Origin: Gemmatimonadota bacterium
GTDB taxonomy: Bacteria > Gemmatimonadota > Gemmatimonadetes > Longimicrobiales > Gaopeijiaceae
Length of the DNA: 64,000 nt
Reading direction: 5' to 3'
Assembly (NCBI GenBank): GCA_039589315.1
Contig: JBDHHQ010000006.1
Coordinates: 73,010 to 137,009 of the forward strand
Shown here: piece after piece, positions 37,957 to 47,008 of the stretch
Numbering within the stretch: the first letter of the stretch is position 1
How the letters are laid out: each line of letters opens with the position of its first letter
Made by a program: the position numbers and the translations under genes
Notes under the pieces: generated by a model
Told to the model about the DNA's origin: nothing
What the model saw: the letters and a program-made list of their open reading frames with translations, nothing else
Databases searched by the model: none

Positions 37957-38195
37957 CGTTCGAAAGGCCTACCACCTCCGGCCGACGAACCACGTGTCGG
38001 GTCCACCTGGCTGGAGCTCGGGAAAGGCGGATCGGGGGATTCCCGACCGTTTCGTCCAAAATGCATTCGAGGACGCGGGGCAGGTGTCGGGAGATGGACC
38101 CGCGGCGCTGTGGGGGATTTCCTGTGTCGATTGGACCGGATGTCTCGGGTTGGCGAGGCGGAGGGACGTCCCGAGACACGACGGGGAGACTCCGC

Positions 38196-38708
38196 TCAGG
38201 GGCTCCTGAGCACCAGGGCGCCTGCCGCCTGGTCGTAGGTGACCAGCGCGACGTGTCGCGGAAGGAGCTCGACGGTCCTGACCAGCGACAGACCGTCCCG
38301 CGCGGCGGGAGCATCCGGTCCGTCCGGACGGAAGCTCACCTCTATCCGGTGGGACCCGGCGGCCATCGGGATCTCGTGGAACACGTAGATGGGCCGATCC
38401 TGCCTGGCTCCGGCCGCGCTCACCAACGTATCGGTCGCCATCTCTCCGTCCAGGGCTATCTGGAGCCGGTAAGGCGTGCTCCGACCCTCGCAGATCGTAT
38501 CCCTCTGCATGTGCACGGGGAGTCGGGCACGCTCCTCATCGGTGATGGGTCGGCACGCAGCATCGGGCTCGCTCCGGTATCGCCAGGCAATCCGGACCAG
38601 AGCGTCGTCCGGGTCGCCCGGGGTATAGGGCACGCGGGAAAGGGCTGCGATGGCCACCGCCATGACCCCCGAGACGGCGAGGGCGATGAGCTTGCCGCCG
38701 GTGCTCAC
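38196..38708 (-). CDS. Membrane-anchored hypothetical protein coupled to the cytochrome b-FeS gene
   Basis: GTGA overlap; N-terminal TM; C-(x17)-C region CRPITDEERARLPVHMQRDTIC. Confidence 0.75.
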   Translation of the reverse strand: MSTGGKLIALAVSGVMAVAIAALSRVPYTPGDPDDALVRIAWRYRSEPDAACRPITDEERARLPVHMQRDTICEGRSTPYRLQIALDGEMATDTLVSAAGARQDRPIYVFHEIPMAAGSHRIEVSFRPDGPDAPAARDGLSLVRTVELLPRHVALVTYDQAAGALVLRSP

Positions 38709-40273
38709 GCCACGCTCCCCGGCGTCCCGGCCCGGTCACGAGTCGTCTCGCACTCCGTGTCGAGCTCGATGGCGTCCTCCGCCTCCTGCCGTGCCAGCTC
38801 GGCCAACTCCGCGCGGAACGCGGTGACCGCACGCGCGATCTGCATGGCCTCTCCCTCCCCGGCGTACGCCAGGCGCACCCGTTTCTTGTCTACGCGGGGC
38901 TTCAACTCGGCCTCGCGGTCGTGATAGACCCGGGCCTCGAGCCACTTCACGCCCTCACGGTTCCAGCAGTCCCGGGGAGGGCAGGAAGCCACGATCACGC
39001 CGTTGGCGCCCGACCGGACCAGGTACTCGATGACGGACGTGTGCGTGCTGCCCGCGCAATGGACGCCGAAGACGGGAGCGCCAGGCGCCAGCATGCCGCC
39101 GCTCCGGTCACACGCGATCACAACCACGTCGCCAGGAACGAGTCGGCCGCTGGCGATGAAGCGCCTCACCTCCGCCAGCTGATCTCGGCCGGTACGGCCC
39201 GGGGGGCCCACGCCCATGGGCGCACACGATCCGGCGCAGATGCCGCAGCTCACGCAGAGCGCCGGATCGACGCGCGCCACCAGGCCTATCCGGCCATCCG
39301 GGCGGGGAATCATCGAGATGGCGTCATAGGGGCAGTCTTCCGCGCACTGCAGGCAGCCCGTACAAAACCGTTCGTTGACGACCGACGCCAGCGGGAGCGC
39401 CTCTGCCCGGGGGCGCGTGAGCCACGGAACCAGCAACACCAGCGCTCCACCGGCTGCCGCTGCGACCCAGACCGTCCACGCGGGCATGCGCAACGTCAGC
39501 GGCAACCAGAAGCCGTAGAAGACGTCCAGGGGGATCCCTTCCGGAAGCCGAAACGGGCTCGCCTCCGCGGCCATGCCGACCGGCCAGAGGACCGACAGAG
39601 CCGTGAGCACGCCCACCGACCCCCACAGGAGCCCGCGCGGGGGCATGAGCGAGGGTCGGGCGACCCTGGAGACGTGGATCCAGAGAATCAGCCCCACGCC
39701 GATGGGCAGGGCGATGTGCAGGAAGAGGTTCAGGAAGAAGAAAGCGCTGGGAAGGTCGCGCTCGCCCACGAAGGTCCGGGCGATCGGCTCGCTGAACAGC
39801 GGCAGCACGTCGAGGAACCGTGCACCCTCCACCGCCAACAGCTGGGCTTGGGTGTCCCACACCATTACGTAGCCGGTCCACCCGGTTACGAAGAAGACGA
39901 ACAGGAGGACCAGACCAGACACCCACGCCAGGGTCCTGGGCCCCCAGCTCCGTCCCTGAAGAAGCATCCGGAGGGCATGGACGGCGGCTGCGAGCACGGC
40001 GACGTCCGAGGCATAGCGGTGCAGGGACCGTATCCAGCTACCCAACCAGGCCTGGTCCGTGATTCGCAGCACGGAGGCGTAGGGTGCGCCGATACGGTAG
40101 AAGAGGAGCAGGTACAGACCGGTGAGCAGGAGGATGACGAACGACGCGACGGCAAGAGCTCCACTGTGGTACAGCGGATTGAAGCGCCACGTGTACAGGC
40201 GGTTGAACGCGGCGTCCAGACGCGCCAACAGGGCCCGGACGGGGCGTGTCACGGCCGGGGCATCGGCGGCCAT
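38705..40273 (-). CDS. Fusion: cytochrome b/b6 N-terminal domain + 2x[4Fe-4S] ferredoxin + MvhD/FlpD-like domain
   Basis: Four heme His (RSLH..AVH, FLH..WIH); CTGCLQCAEDCP and CVSCGICAGSC; C-terminal IAC..HCAG..SCPPRDC..REG. Start uncertain (ORF opens at 40327). Confidence 0.85.
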   Translation of the reverse strand: MAADAPAVTRPVRALLARLDAAFNRLYTWRFNPLYHSGALAVASFVILLLTGLYLLLFYRIGAPYASVLRITDQAWLGSWIRSLHRYASDVAVLAAAVHALRMLLQGRSWGPRTLAWVSGLVLLFVFFVTGWTGYVMVWDTQAQLLAVEGARFLDVLPLFSEPIARTFVGERDLPSAFFFLNLFLHIALPIGVGLILWIHVSRVARPSLMPPRGLLWGSVGVLTALSVLWPVGMAAEASPFRLPEGIPLDVFYGFWLPLTLRMPAWTVWVAAAAGGALVLLVPWLTRPRAEALPLASVVNERFCTGCLQCAEDCPYDAISMIPRPDGRIGLVARVDPALCVSCGICAGSCAPMGVGPPGRTGRDQLAEVRRFIASGRLVPGDVVVIACDRSGGMLAPGAPVFGVHCAGSTHTSVIEYLVRSGANGVIVASCPPRDCWNREGVKWLEARVYHDREAELKPRVDKKRVRLAYAGEGEAMQIARAVTAFRAELAELARQEAEDAIELDTECETTRDRAGTPGSVA

Positions 40274-40377
40274 CGCGGTCCCGTTTGAGGATCGGTCTCG
40301 AGATTCTTGCGCCCACACATTTATCATATCATCATGAAGAAAACAAGATAATCCAACGGCAGCAGGGCCATTCCTAC

Positions 40378-40815
40378 ATGATGCTCTCCCGCACAGGCGA
40401 GTACGCCCTCCGGGCAGTCCTACACCTGGCTCAACACGTCGACGAGGGCCCGACCCGTGTCGACGACATCGCCCAGACGCTCTCGGTTCCCCGTAACTAT
40501 CTGTCGAAGATCCTCCACGAGCTCGGCCGAGCGGGTGTGCTCACCTCGTCCAGGGGCCCGCGGGGTGGCTTCGTCCTGGCCCGTCCGTCGGAGGAGTTGA
40601 CGCTCGAGGACATCGTCGGGCACTTCGATCCTCTGGACGACCGGAGGCGGTGCGTGCTGGGTCGGGAGGGTGGGTGCAACGACGACGCACCCTGCGCCGC
40701 GCACGTTCGATGGTCGGAGCTATCGCAGAGTGTAGTGTCGTTCTTCCGCAAGACGACCGTCGCTCAACTCCTGGTCCATCCGGCCGGGGCCGAAGCCGTG
40801 ATGTCGGAAGAGTAG
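40378..40815 (+). CDS. Rrf2-family transcriptional regulator (three Cys, probable Fe-S sensor)
   Basis: EYALRA, YLSKIL, SSRGPRGGF, CVLG....C.....CAAH. Confidence 0.92.
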   Translation: MMLSRTGEYALRAVLHLAQHVDEGPTRVDDIAQTLSVPRNYLSKILHELGRAGVLTSSRGPRGGFVLARPSEELTLEDIVGHFDPLDDRRRCVLGREGGCNDDAPCAAHVRWSELSQSVVSFFRKTTVAQLLVHPAGAEAVMSEE

Positions 40816-40865
40816 GCGAAGTCGAGGCACCGTAGTCCGAATCTTCAGCCGTAGGGAGGACGTCC

Positions 40866-41036
40866 ATGGAAGAACAGAAGCCAACGGGGCAGGGCAGCGA
40901 GCCCATTCCCCTCGGGCAGCGGGTCTTCGAGAGCCCGTTCCTGCTCCTGATCATGGGCCTGATCGTCATGTTCGTCTTCTTCACCGGCTGGGGGATCTGG
41001 GAAGTCATGTCCCTCGAGCCGGCCCCCCTTCCCTGA
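40866..41036 (+). CDS. 56-aa single-TM small subunit of the heme-copper oxidase operon (not in ORF track)
   Basis: GGAGG RBS; MEEQKPTGQGSEPIPLGQRVFESPFLLLIMGLIVMFVFFTGWGIWEVMSLEPAPLP; fills the gap before subunit II. Confidence 0.85.
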   Translation: MEEQKPTGQGSEPIPLGQRVFESPFLLLIMGLIVMFVFFTGWGIWEVMSLEPAPLP

Positions 41037-41051
41037 TCCCGGAGGCCGGTC

Positions 41052-41627
41052 ATGCACCATACCGGGATAGAGCCACCGAAGGGTGTGTGGTGGAAGCCCG
41101 CCCACAAGTCGGAGAAGATCTGGGTCACCATCGCCTTCATCTGGTGTCTGGTGCTGTTCGCCATGATGCCGTTTTGGCACCTCCGTGGCGGCCAGAACCC
41201 CACGGGCATTCGTCACAAGGTGGACCCGGACGCCTATGCGGAACGGGTCCGGGAGTTCATTGCCGACTACCAGATCGGCGAGGACAACGGCATCCCCATC
41301 GTGGAGCCGCCGCCTGGCAGCGACGTGTATCTGCAGGGTCAGATGTGGCTGTGGACGCCCGTCCTGCAGCTCCAGAAGGACGCCGAGTACATCCTCCATC
41401 TGTCGTCCATCGACGTGAATCACGGATTCAACCTCTATCCGTTCAACGTCAACTTCCAGGTGGTCCCGGGCTATGACTACGGCCTCCGGGTGACACCCAC
41501 GGAAGCTGGCGATTATCGCATCGTCTGTAACGAGTTCTGCGGTGTGAACCACCACACCATGGTAGGTCGCGTCATTGTCGTGGACGGTGCCGAAAGCGCG
41601 GCGGCCCAGGTAGGAGGTGGCCGATGA
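41052..41627 (+). CDS. Heme-copper oxidase subunit II (CuA)
   Basis: One TM; DVNHGF and CNEFCGVNHHTM CuA ligands. Confidence 0.92.
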   Translation: MHHTGIEPPKGVWWKPAHKSEKIWVTIAFIWCLVLFAMMPFWHLRGGQNPTGIRHKVDPDAYAERVREFIADYQIGEDNGIPIVEPPPGSDVYLQGQMWLWTPVLQLQKDAEYILHLSSIDVNHGFNLYPFNVNFQVVPGYDYGLRVTPTEAGDYRIVCNEFCGVNHHTMVGRVIVVDGAESAAAQVGGGR

Positions 41628-43390
41628 GCACCGTCGAGCGCGAGGCCTTGAGCGGCGGCACCCCATCCGGAGGTCCGTTCCGCACTTGTCCGACCACAGG
41701 GCTGAAGGTGCACCGCCAGGCGGACGCCCTCATCAAAGCCAACGCGGTCGTCGCCACGGTGGCGCTGCTGGTCGGCGGCATCGCGGCGGTGCTGGTGCTG
41801 CTCACCCGGTGGCAGCTGGTCCACCTTCTCGACGCGGTCTGGTTCTACCGCATGCTGACGGTCCACGGGATGAACATGCTGATCTTCTTCATCCTGTTCT
41901 TCGAGATGGCGGTGCTCTACTTCGCGGGACCGGTGCTGTTGAACAGCCGGGTGCCGGCCCCGAAGACGGCCTGGGCATCCTTCGGCCTCATGGTGCTGGG
42001 GACGCTCATGGTGGAGTGGGCCATGTGGACCGGGCGCGCCGACGTGCTGTTCACGTCGTACGTGCCACTGATGGCCCACCCGATCTACTACCTGGGGATC
42101 ATCCTGTTCGCGGTGGGCGCGCTCATCGTGACGGCCATCTTCTTCGGATCCCTGGTCGTGGCCAAGAAGGAGAAGACGTACGAGGGCTCCATGCCGCTCG
42201 TGACGTTCGGCGCCCTGACCGCCGCCATCATCGCCGTCATCACCCTGCTTCACGGCGCCATCATCTACATCCCCACCTTCCTGTGGTCCCTCGGCATGGT
42301 AACCGTGGATCCACAGATCTACCGCCTGATCTGGTGGGGCCTGGGCCACTCCTCCCAACAGATCAACGTGGCGGCCATGGTCTCCATCTGGTACCTGCTG
42401 GGGGCCCTCACCGTAGGCGCGGTGGTGCTCAACGAGAAGATCAGCCGCGCGGCCTTCGTGCTGTACGTCGCCTTCATCTCCATGGCCTCGGCGCACCATC
42501 TTCTGGTGGATCCGGGCATGGGGGCCGCGTGGAAGGTCTGGAACACCAGCTACTTCATGTACATGGCGGTGCTGGCCAGCATGATCCACGGCTTCACGGT
42601 TCCGGCCGGCGTCGAGCTCGGGCAGCGGCTGCGGGGATTCACCCAGGGCGTCTTCGGCTGGCTGAAGAAGGCGCCGTGGGGGGATCCGGGATTCAGCTCG
42701 TTGGCGTTCTCGCTCGTGATCTTCGGATTCGTGGGCGGCATCACCGGCGTCACGTTCGGTACCGAGCAGATCAACATCATCGCCCACAACACGCTGAGGA
42801 TCCCGGGGCACTTCCACGCCACTGTCGTGTCGGGAACCGCCATGGCCTTCATGGGCGTCACCTACTACGTGATCCCGCTGATCTTCCGGAAGCAGGTCTC
42901 CTTTTACGCGATGGCCAGGTGGCAGCCGTACATCTTCTCCCTGGGGATGCTCATCTTCTCGATGGCCATGACCTTCGCCGGCACGTTCGGGATTCCGCGC
43001 CGTCACTGGGACATCACCTTCACGGGTGCGCCCTGGGGCGTGGAGTATTCGCCGGCAGTGGACCTGCTGATCGGCGTCATGGCCGTGGGCGGCCTGCTGG
43101 CCGTCGTCGGTGGCGCCATGTACATCGTCGTCACCGTCGTGAGCGTGTTCTTCGGCAAGCCGTTGGGTGAGGTCAGCGCGGCCAATTTGGCCGGCAAGGT
43201 GCCCCCGGGCGTGTACGCTCCGCCGCGGGCAGCCCTGGAGGCCGCAGGTGCCGAGCCCGAGCTCCCCGAGCACGGGAGGCTGGGGATGGTGCCCGGCACC
43301 ATGATCCTCGTGGCGGTCTTCCTGGCCGCGTTCATCACGTACTACTTCGCCAACTGGAAGCTGCTCAGCTTCATCTGGAAGGTCGGCTAG
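41624..43390 (+). CDS. B-family-derived heme-copper oxidoreductase subunit I; probable eNOR-type nitric oxide reductase
   Basis: All six His ligands (VHG, GH, AHH, HFH), but the active-site helix reads WWGLGHSSQQIN instead of HPxVY. Confidence 0.8.
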   Translation: MSTVEREALSGGTPSGGPFRTCPTTGLKVHRQADALIKANAVVATVALLVGGIAAVLVLLTRWQLVHLLDAVWFYRMLTVHGMNMLIFFILFFEMAVLYFAGPVLLNSRVPAPKTAWASFGLMVLGTLMVEWAMWTGRADVLFTSYVPLMAHPIYYLGIILFAVGALIVTAIFFGSLVVAKKEKTYEGSMPLVTFGALTAAIIAVITLLHGAIIYIPTFLWSLGMVTVDPQIYRLIWWGLGHSSQQINVAAMVSIWYLLGALTVGAVVLNEKISRAAFVLYVAFISMASAHHLLVDPGMGAAWKVWNTSYFMYMAVLASMIHGFTVPAGVELGQRLRGFTQGVFGWLKKAPWGDPGFSSLAFSLVIFGFVGGITGVTFGTEQINIIAHNTLRIPGHFHATVVSGTAMAFMGVTYYVIPLIFRKQVSFYAMARWQPYIFSLGMLIFSMAMTFAGTFGIPRRHWDITFTGAPWGVEYSPAVDLLIGVMAVGGLLAVVGGAMYIVVTVVSVFFGKPLGEVSAANLAGKVPPGVYAPPRAALEAAGAEPELPEHGRLGMVPGTMILVAVFLAAFITYYFANWKLLSFIWKVG

Positions 43391-43397
43391 GGCTGCG

Positions 43398-44273
43398 ATG
43401 ACGCGGGGTGAGAAGTGGGCCGTGGGGGCGCTGGGCGCCCTGGCGGCGATAACGGTGAGCTGGTGGGCGCTGGCCCTGTGGCCGGTGCCCACCGGCGCGC
43501 CCGCCTGGCTGGAGCGCACGCGCCAGGTGTGCTTCGGCTCGACCGAGTCCGGTCTGCCGGACTCGGGAGGCTGGCTGCTGCTCGTGGGCCAGCCCACGAG
43601 CATGCTGGTGGCCATGTTCGTGATCTGGGGGGACGCCCTCACGGGCGGGGTCCGGGCGTTGGGGCGGTCTCTGCCGGGCCGCGTGGCCCTGGCCGCTACC
43701 CTTCTCCTGCTTCTGACGGGAACGGTGGGGGCTGGCGTCCGGGTGGCCAGCGCTCAGCCCGACGCGATCATCCTGGACGATCCGACCCTGCCGCCGGAGA
43801 CGTATCCGCGCCTCGACCGGGAGGCACCCACCCTGGCGCTCGTGGACCAGCGGGGTGAGCTGATCACGTTGGGGCGATTTGCCGGCCGCACGGTCCTGGT
43901 GACGTTCGCCTTCGGCCACTGCGAGACCATCTGCCCGGTGGTGGTCCACAACGCGTTGGAGGCGGCAGCAGCGGTGCCGGAGCTGGACCCGGCGGTCGTG
44001 GTCATCACCCTGGATCCGTGGCGGGACACGCCGGCTCGGCTCCCCCACATCGCCGGGCAGTGGGGCCTCGGCGACGACACCTTCCTCTTGAGCGGCTCCG
44101 TCGCCGCGGTCGAGGGTGTCCTCGACGATTGGAACGTCGCGCGGGAGCGGGACGAGCGCACGGGTGACGTGACGCACCCGGCCCTCGTCTACATCCTCGA
44201 CCGCACGGGGCGCATCGCCTACGCCACCACCGGCGACCCCCAGTCCATGGTGGCACTGGCGTTGAGGCATTAA
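43398..44273 (+). CDS. SCO-family copper chaperone with N-terminal membrane domain
   Basis: FAFGHCETICP (CxxxC), ITLDPWRDTP, VTHPALVY. Confidence 0.9.
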   Translation: MTRGEKWAVGALGALAAITVSWWALALWPVPTGAPAWLERTRQVCFGSTESGLPDSGGWLLLVGQPTSMLVAMFVIWGDALTGGVRALGRSLPGRVALAATLLLLLTGTVGAGVRVASAQPDAIILDDPTLPPETYPRLDREAPTLALVDQRGELITLGRFAGRTVLVTFAFGHCETICPVVVHNALEAAAAVPELDPAVVVITLDPWRDTPARLPHIAGQWGLGDDTFLLSGSVAAVEGVLDDWNVARERDERTGDVTHPALVYILDRTGRIAYATTGDPQSMVALALRH

Positions 44274-44348
44274 GCCCGCCTCGTTGACGCGCTCGGGCGG
44301 GTTTGCCGCCAGGGAGTCGGTCCGGCAGTCGGCGTTGTAGGCGGACCG

Positions 44349-44966
44349 GTGCGGGGGAAGGCCGACGGCCTGTTCATCAACACCACCGGCCTCGGCGTCT
44401 TGGAGGACGGCTTCCGTCCGGACCCCTCGGGCGCGCGCCCGGGGGACGTGGTGCTGGTGAGCGGCCCCCTGGGGCGGCACGGCATTGCCATCATGGCGGC
44501 GCGGGAGGGCCTGGCCTTCGACGTCGAGCTCGAGAGCGACACGGCGTCCCTCTTCCCGCTGGTCCACGCGCTTCGCCAAGCGGCGGGGGCCGGCGTGCGG
44601 ACGATGAGGGATCCCACCCGGGGCGGGCTGGCCAGCGCGTTGAACGAGATCGCCGCGTCGTCGGGAGTGGGCGTGGAGCTGGTGGAGCACACCGTGCCTC
44701 TGCCGGGTCCCGTCGCGGCCGCTTGCGAGATGTTGGGCCTGGACCCCCTTTATGTGGCCAATGAAGGCGTGCTCACCGCCATCGTGGCACCGGAGGCTGC
44801 GGGCGAGGCCCTGTCTGCATTGCGTGCACATCCGCTCGGCGCAGAGGCCGCGCTGATCGGGAGGGTCGTGGAAGCGCACCCTGGCATGGTCGTCCTCCGC
44901 ACCGGCTTGGGGGGCACGCGAGTCGTGGACATGCTGCCCGGCGACCAGCTGCCCCGCATCTGCTGA
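44349..44966 (+). pseudogene. hypE: 5'-truncated hydrogenase maturation protein HypE
   Basis: RGKADGLFINTTG, RDPTRGG, ANEG, C-terminal QLPRIC; the N-terminal part (before GDTKVV) is absent. Confidence 0.85.
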
Positions 44967-45035
44967 AGCGAGGACGAGAAGAGCACCGAGGATTCGAGAA
45001 GAGGGGAATATGAGGACTTCAACAGGAGAAGCGAG

Positions 45036-45230
45036 ATGACTTCACGAGTGTGGCGGGGTGCCCTCATGGCAGTGGCGTCTGCAGCGATCCTGGCGGCGCC
45101 TGCCTCGGCCCACGGACTGCACACCCATGCCGCCGGGGCCCTGCACGCCGTCATCCACGCCGTGCCGGTCCTTGCGGTCGTCGTGGGGGTGGTCGTGGCC
45201 TACCGGGTCATTCGCTCCAGGCTGGCCTAG
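45036..45230 (+). CDS. Small His-rich exported/membrane peptide
   Basis: AGGAG RBS; signal peptide ending ASA-HGLHTH, then a TM segment. Confidence 0.6.
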   Translation: MTSRVWRGALMAVASAAILAAPASAHGLHTHAAGALHAVIHAVPVLAVVVGVVVAYRVIRSRLA

Positions 45231-45500
45231 CACGCCACGGCGGCACGACGGGTCGTCGGCCCGCCGGCGGCAGGGCAACGACCCTCCCCGCATGCAGGGG
45301 CCAGGACCGCCGTCCCCAGGAGCATGCCGCCGTACCGGGTAGGCACGGGCGCGCCCCAGGCGTCTGGCCGTGGTGTGGGGACCATCGCCACGGGCCTCGG
45401 TGTAGACACTCCCGGTCGCGGGCCCAAGGGCCCGCTTTCTTTCGCCTTGGTGCGTGCCCGCGGGAAGCGGGCCTCGCTCGTTTCCGCTGCTGCCGGTTCC

Positions 45501-46370
45501 ATGCGACGATCCCGCCACCTTCGAGCCCTGTTGAGCACGTCGCTCCTCCTACTCGCCGGTCCAGTCGGCGTGCAGGCCCAGGGCGAGCACGACCTCGACA
45601 AGGTCCAGCCCGTCTCCCGGGACGCCGTCCTGCGCGCCATGGTGCTGGAGCGGGAGAAGGGCTACGACCTGACCGCGTCCACCAACGCGACCCGCCTCTG
45701 GGCCCACACGATCTTCATGCTGGCTGAGAGCGCGCAGGAGGCGGCGCCGGACGGGCCACCGCTCTTCCTGCACGAGGCCGACTACTATCACGCCTACCTC
45801 GAGGCCACCGGCCTGGACGAAGCGGAGGCCCCCGAATTCATCCGCATCTCCCACGAATACGGCCAGCACACCCTGATCGAATACCGCCTCGACCGGGTCG
45901 TGGACATGGCCGAGACCGAGACGACACCGCAACGGGCTCTGGCGGTGCGGACGTGGTGGCCGGAATCGGAGTCGCTCGGGGATCGATACTCGTTCGAGGA
46001 CACGCTCTCCACCCCCCGGCTGTTGGTGGTCAACGAACGGGAGGTGAGCTACCGGCTGCTGGACTTCGGGGACCAGATGCTGTTCGACGAGATCGAGGGC
46101 ATTCGGGGGCGGCCGACGTCGGGGGTTCTGGGCGTGCTGTTCGAGGTCCTGGGCACGGGCAAGATCGTCTGGTCCCGGATGGCCATCTCCGAAGAGGGGT
46201 CGCTGGTGGTGCGGGCCAAGGCCAAGAAGCTCGTGAGCAAGACGTCCACCGCCGTCGTGGAGAAGGACGGGACCGGCGGCCACGTTCCCGACGACCGCGC
46301 CGATCTCAGGGTCCTGGCCGAGCGCCTCGAGAGACCGTTGGAGGTGGCGTACCAGCCCTGGCCGTTCTAG
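45501..46370 (+). CDS. Exported hypothetical protein
   Basis: Signal peptide ending VQA; coding-like codon usage; no family recognised. Confidence 0.7.
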   Translation: MRRSRHLRALLSTSLLLLAGPVGVQAQGEHDLDKVQPVSRDAVLRAMVLEREKGYDLTASTNATRLWAHTIFMLAESAQEAAPDGPPLFLHEADYYHAYLEATGLDEAEAPEFIRISHEYGQHTLIEYRLDRVVDMAETETTPQRALAVRTWWPESESLGDRYSFEDTLSTPRLLVVNEREVSYRLLDFGDQMLFDEIEGIRGRPTSGVLGVLFEVLGTGKIVWSRMAISEEGSLVVRAKAKKLVSKTSTAVVEKDGTGGHVPDDRADLRVLAERLERPLEVAYQPWPF

Positions 46371-46498
46371 GGTGAGGTGAGGTCGTCGGCGACGTCGCTC
46401 GCCGCATTCCCGCTGGCCAGAGACGGTGGGACGCACCACTCTCCCCGGAGTGGCGGCGTCCAACAGAGCACGCCGCACGTGCCGCTTCCCACGGATCC

Positions 46499-46996
46499 AT
46501 GTCCCTCTACTACCTGAACGTCATCGTCCACCTGCTGGCCGCCTTGTTCTGGCTGGGTGGGATGTTCTTCCTCGCCCTCGTAGGGGCCCCGGTCCTGCGA
46601 AGGGTGGAGCCGCCGGAGCTGAGGGCTCGGCTGTTTCAGGCACTGGGGGAGTCGTTTCGGTTCTCTGGTTGGATCGCGATCGGGGTTCTGCTGATCACTG
46701 GAGCGGCGAACCTCCACTTCAAGGGCATCCTGTCCGTGGAAGTGCTGAGCAGCGCTGGGCTCTGGGACGGTGCCTACGGTCGAGCGCTACTCTGGAAGCT
46801 CCTCGCCGTCTCGGGAATGGTGGTGGTGAGCTTCATCCACGACTTTGTCCTGGGGCCCCGCTCGACCCGGGCGAAGCAGGACTCACCCCAGGCGCTGCGC
46901 CTCAGGAAGCGAGCGGCCTCGCTGGCCCGACTCAACGCGCTCCTGGGCATCGTGGCGGTCGTTGCCGCGGTCTACCTGGCCCGGGGGACACCCTAG
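46499..46996 (+). CDS. CopD/DUF4149-like 4-TM membrane protein
   Basis: HLLAALFWLGGM, LLITG, HDFVLGP. Confidence 0.75.
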   Translation: MSLYYLNVIVHLLAALFWLGGMFFLALVGAPVLRRVEPPELRARLFQALGESFRFSGWIAIGVLLITGAANLHFKGILSVEVLSSAGLWDGAYGRALLWKLLAVSGMVVVSFIHDFVLGPRSTRAKQDSPQALRLRKRAASLARLNALLGIVAVVAAVYLARGTP

Positions 46997-47008
46997 ACGA
47001 CCGACGTC

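Noticed and set aside
36693..38173. GGGACGTCCC palindromes (36694-36703, 38163-38172) and GGGGGATT repeats flanking the kinase as operators or insertion ends
   Set aside because: Short GC-rich words that can arise by chance; no transposase or clear target duplication.
38705..44966. A functional hydrogenase locus (MvhD-like domain plus hypE)
   Set aside because: No hydrogenase subunits or other hyp genes in the window, and hypE is truncated.
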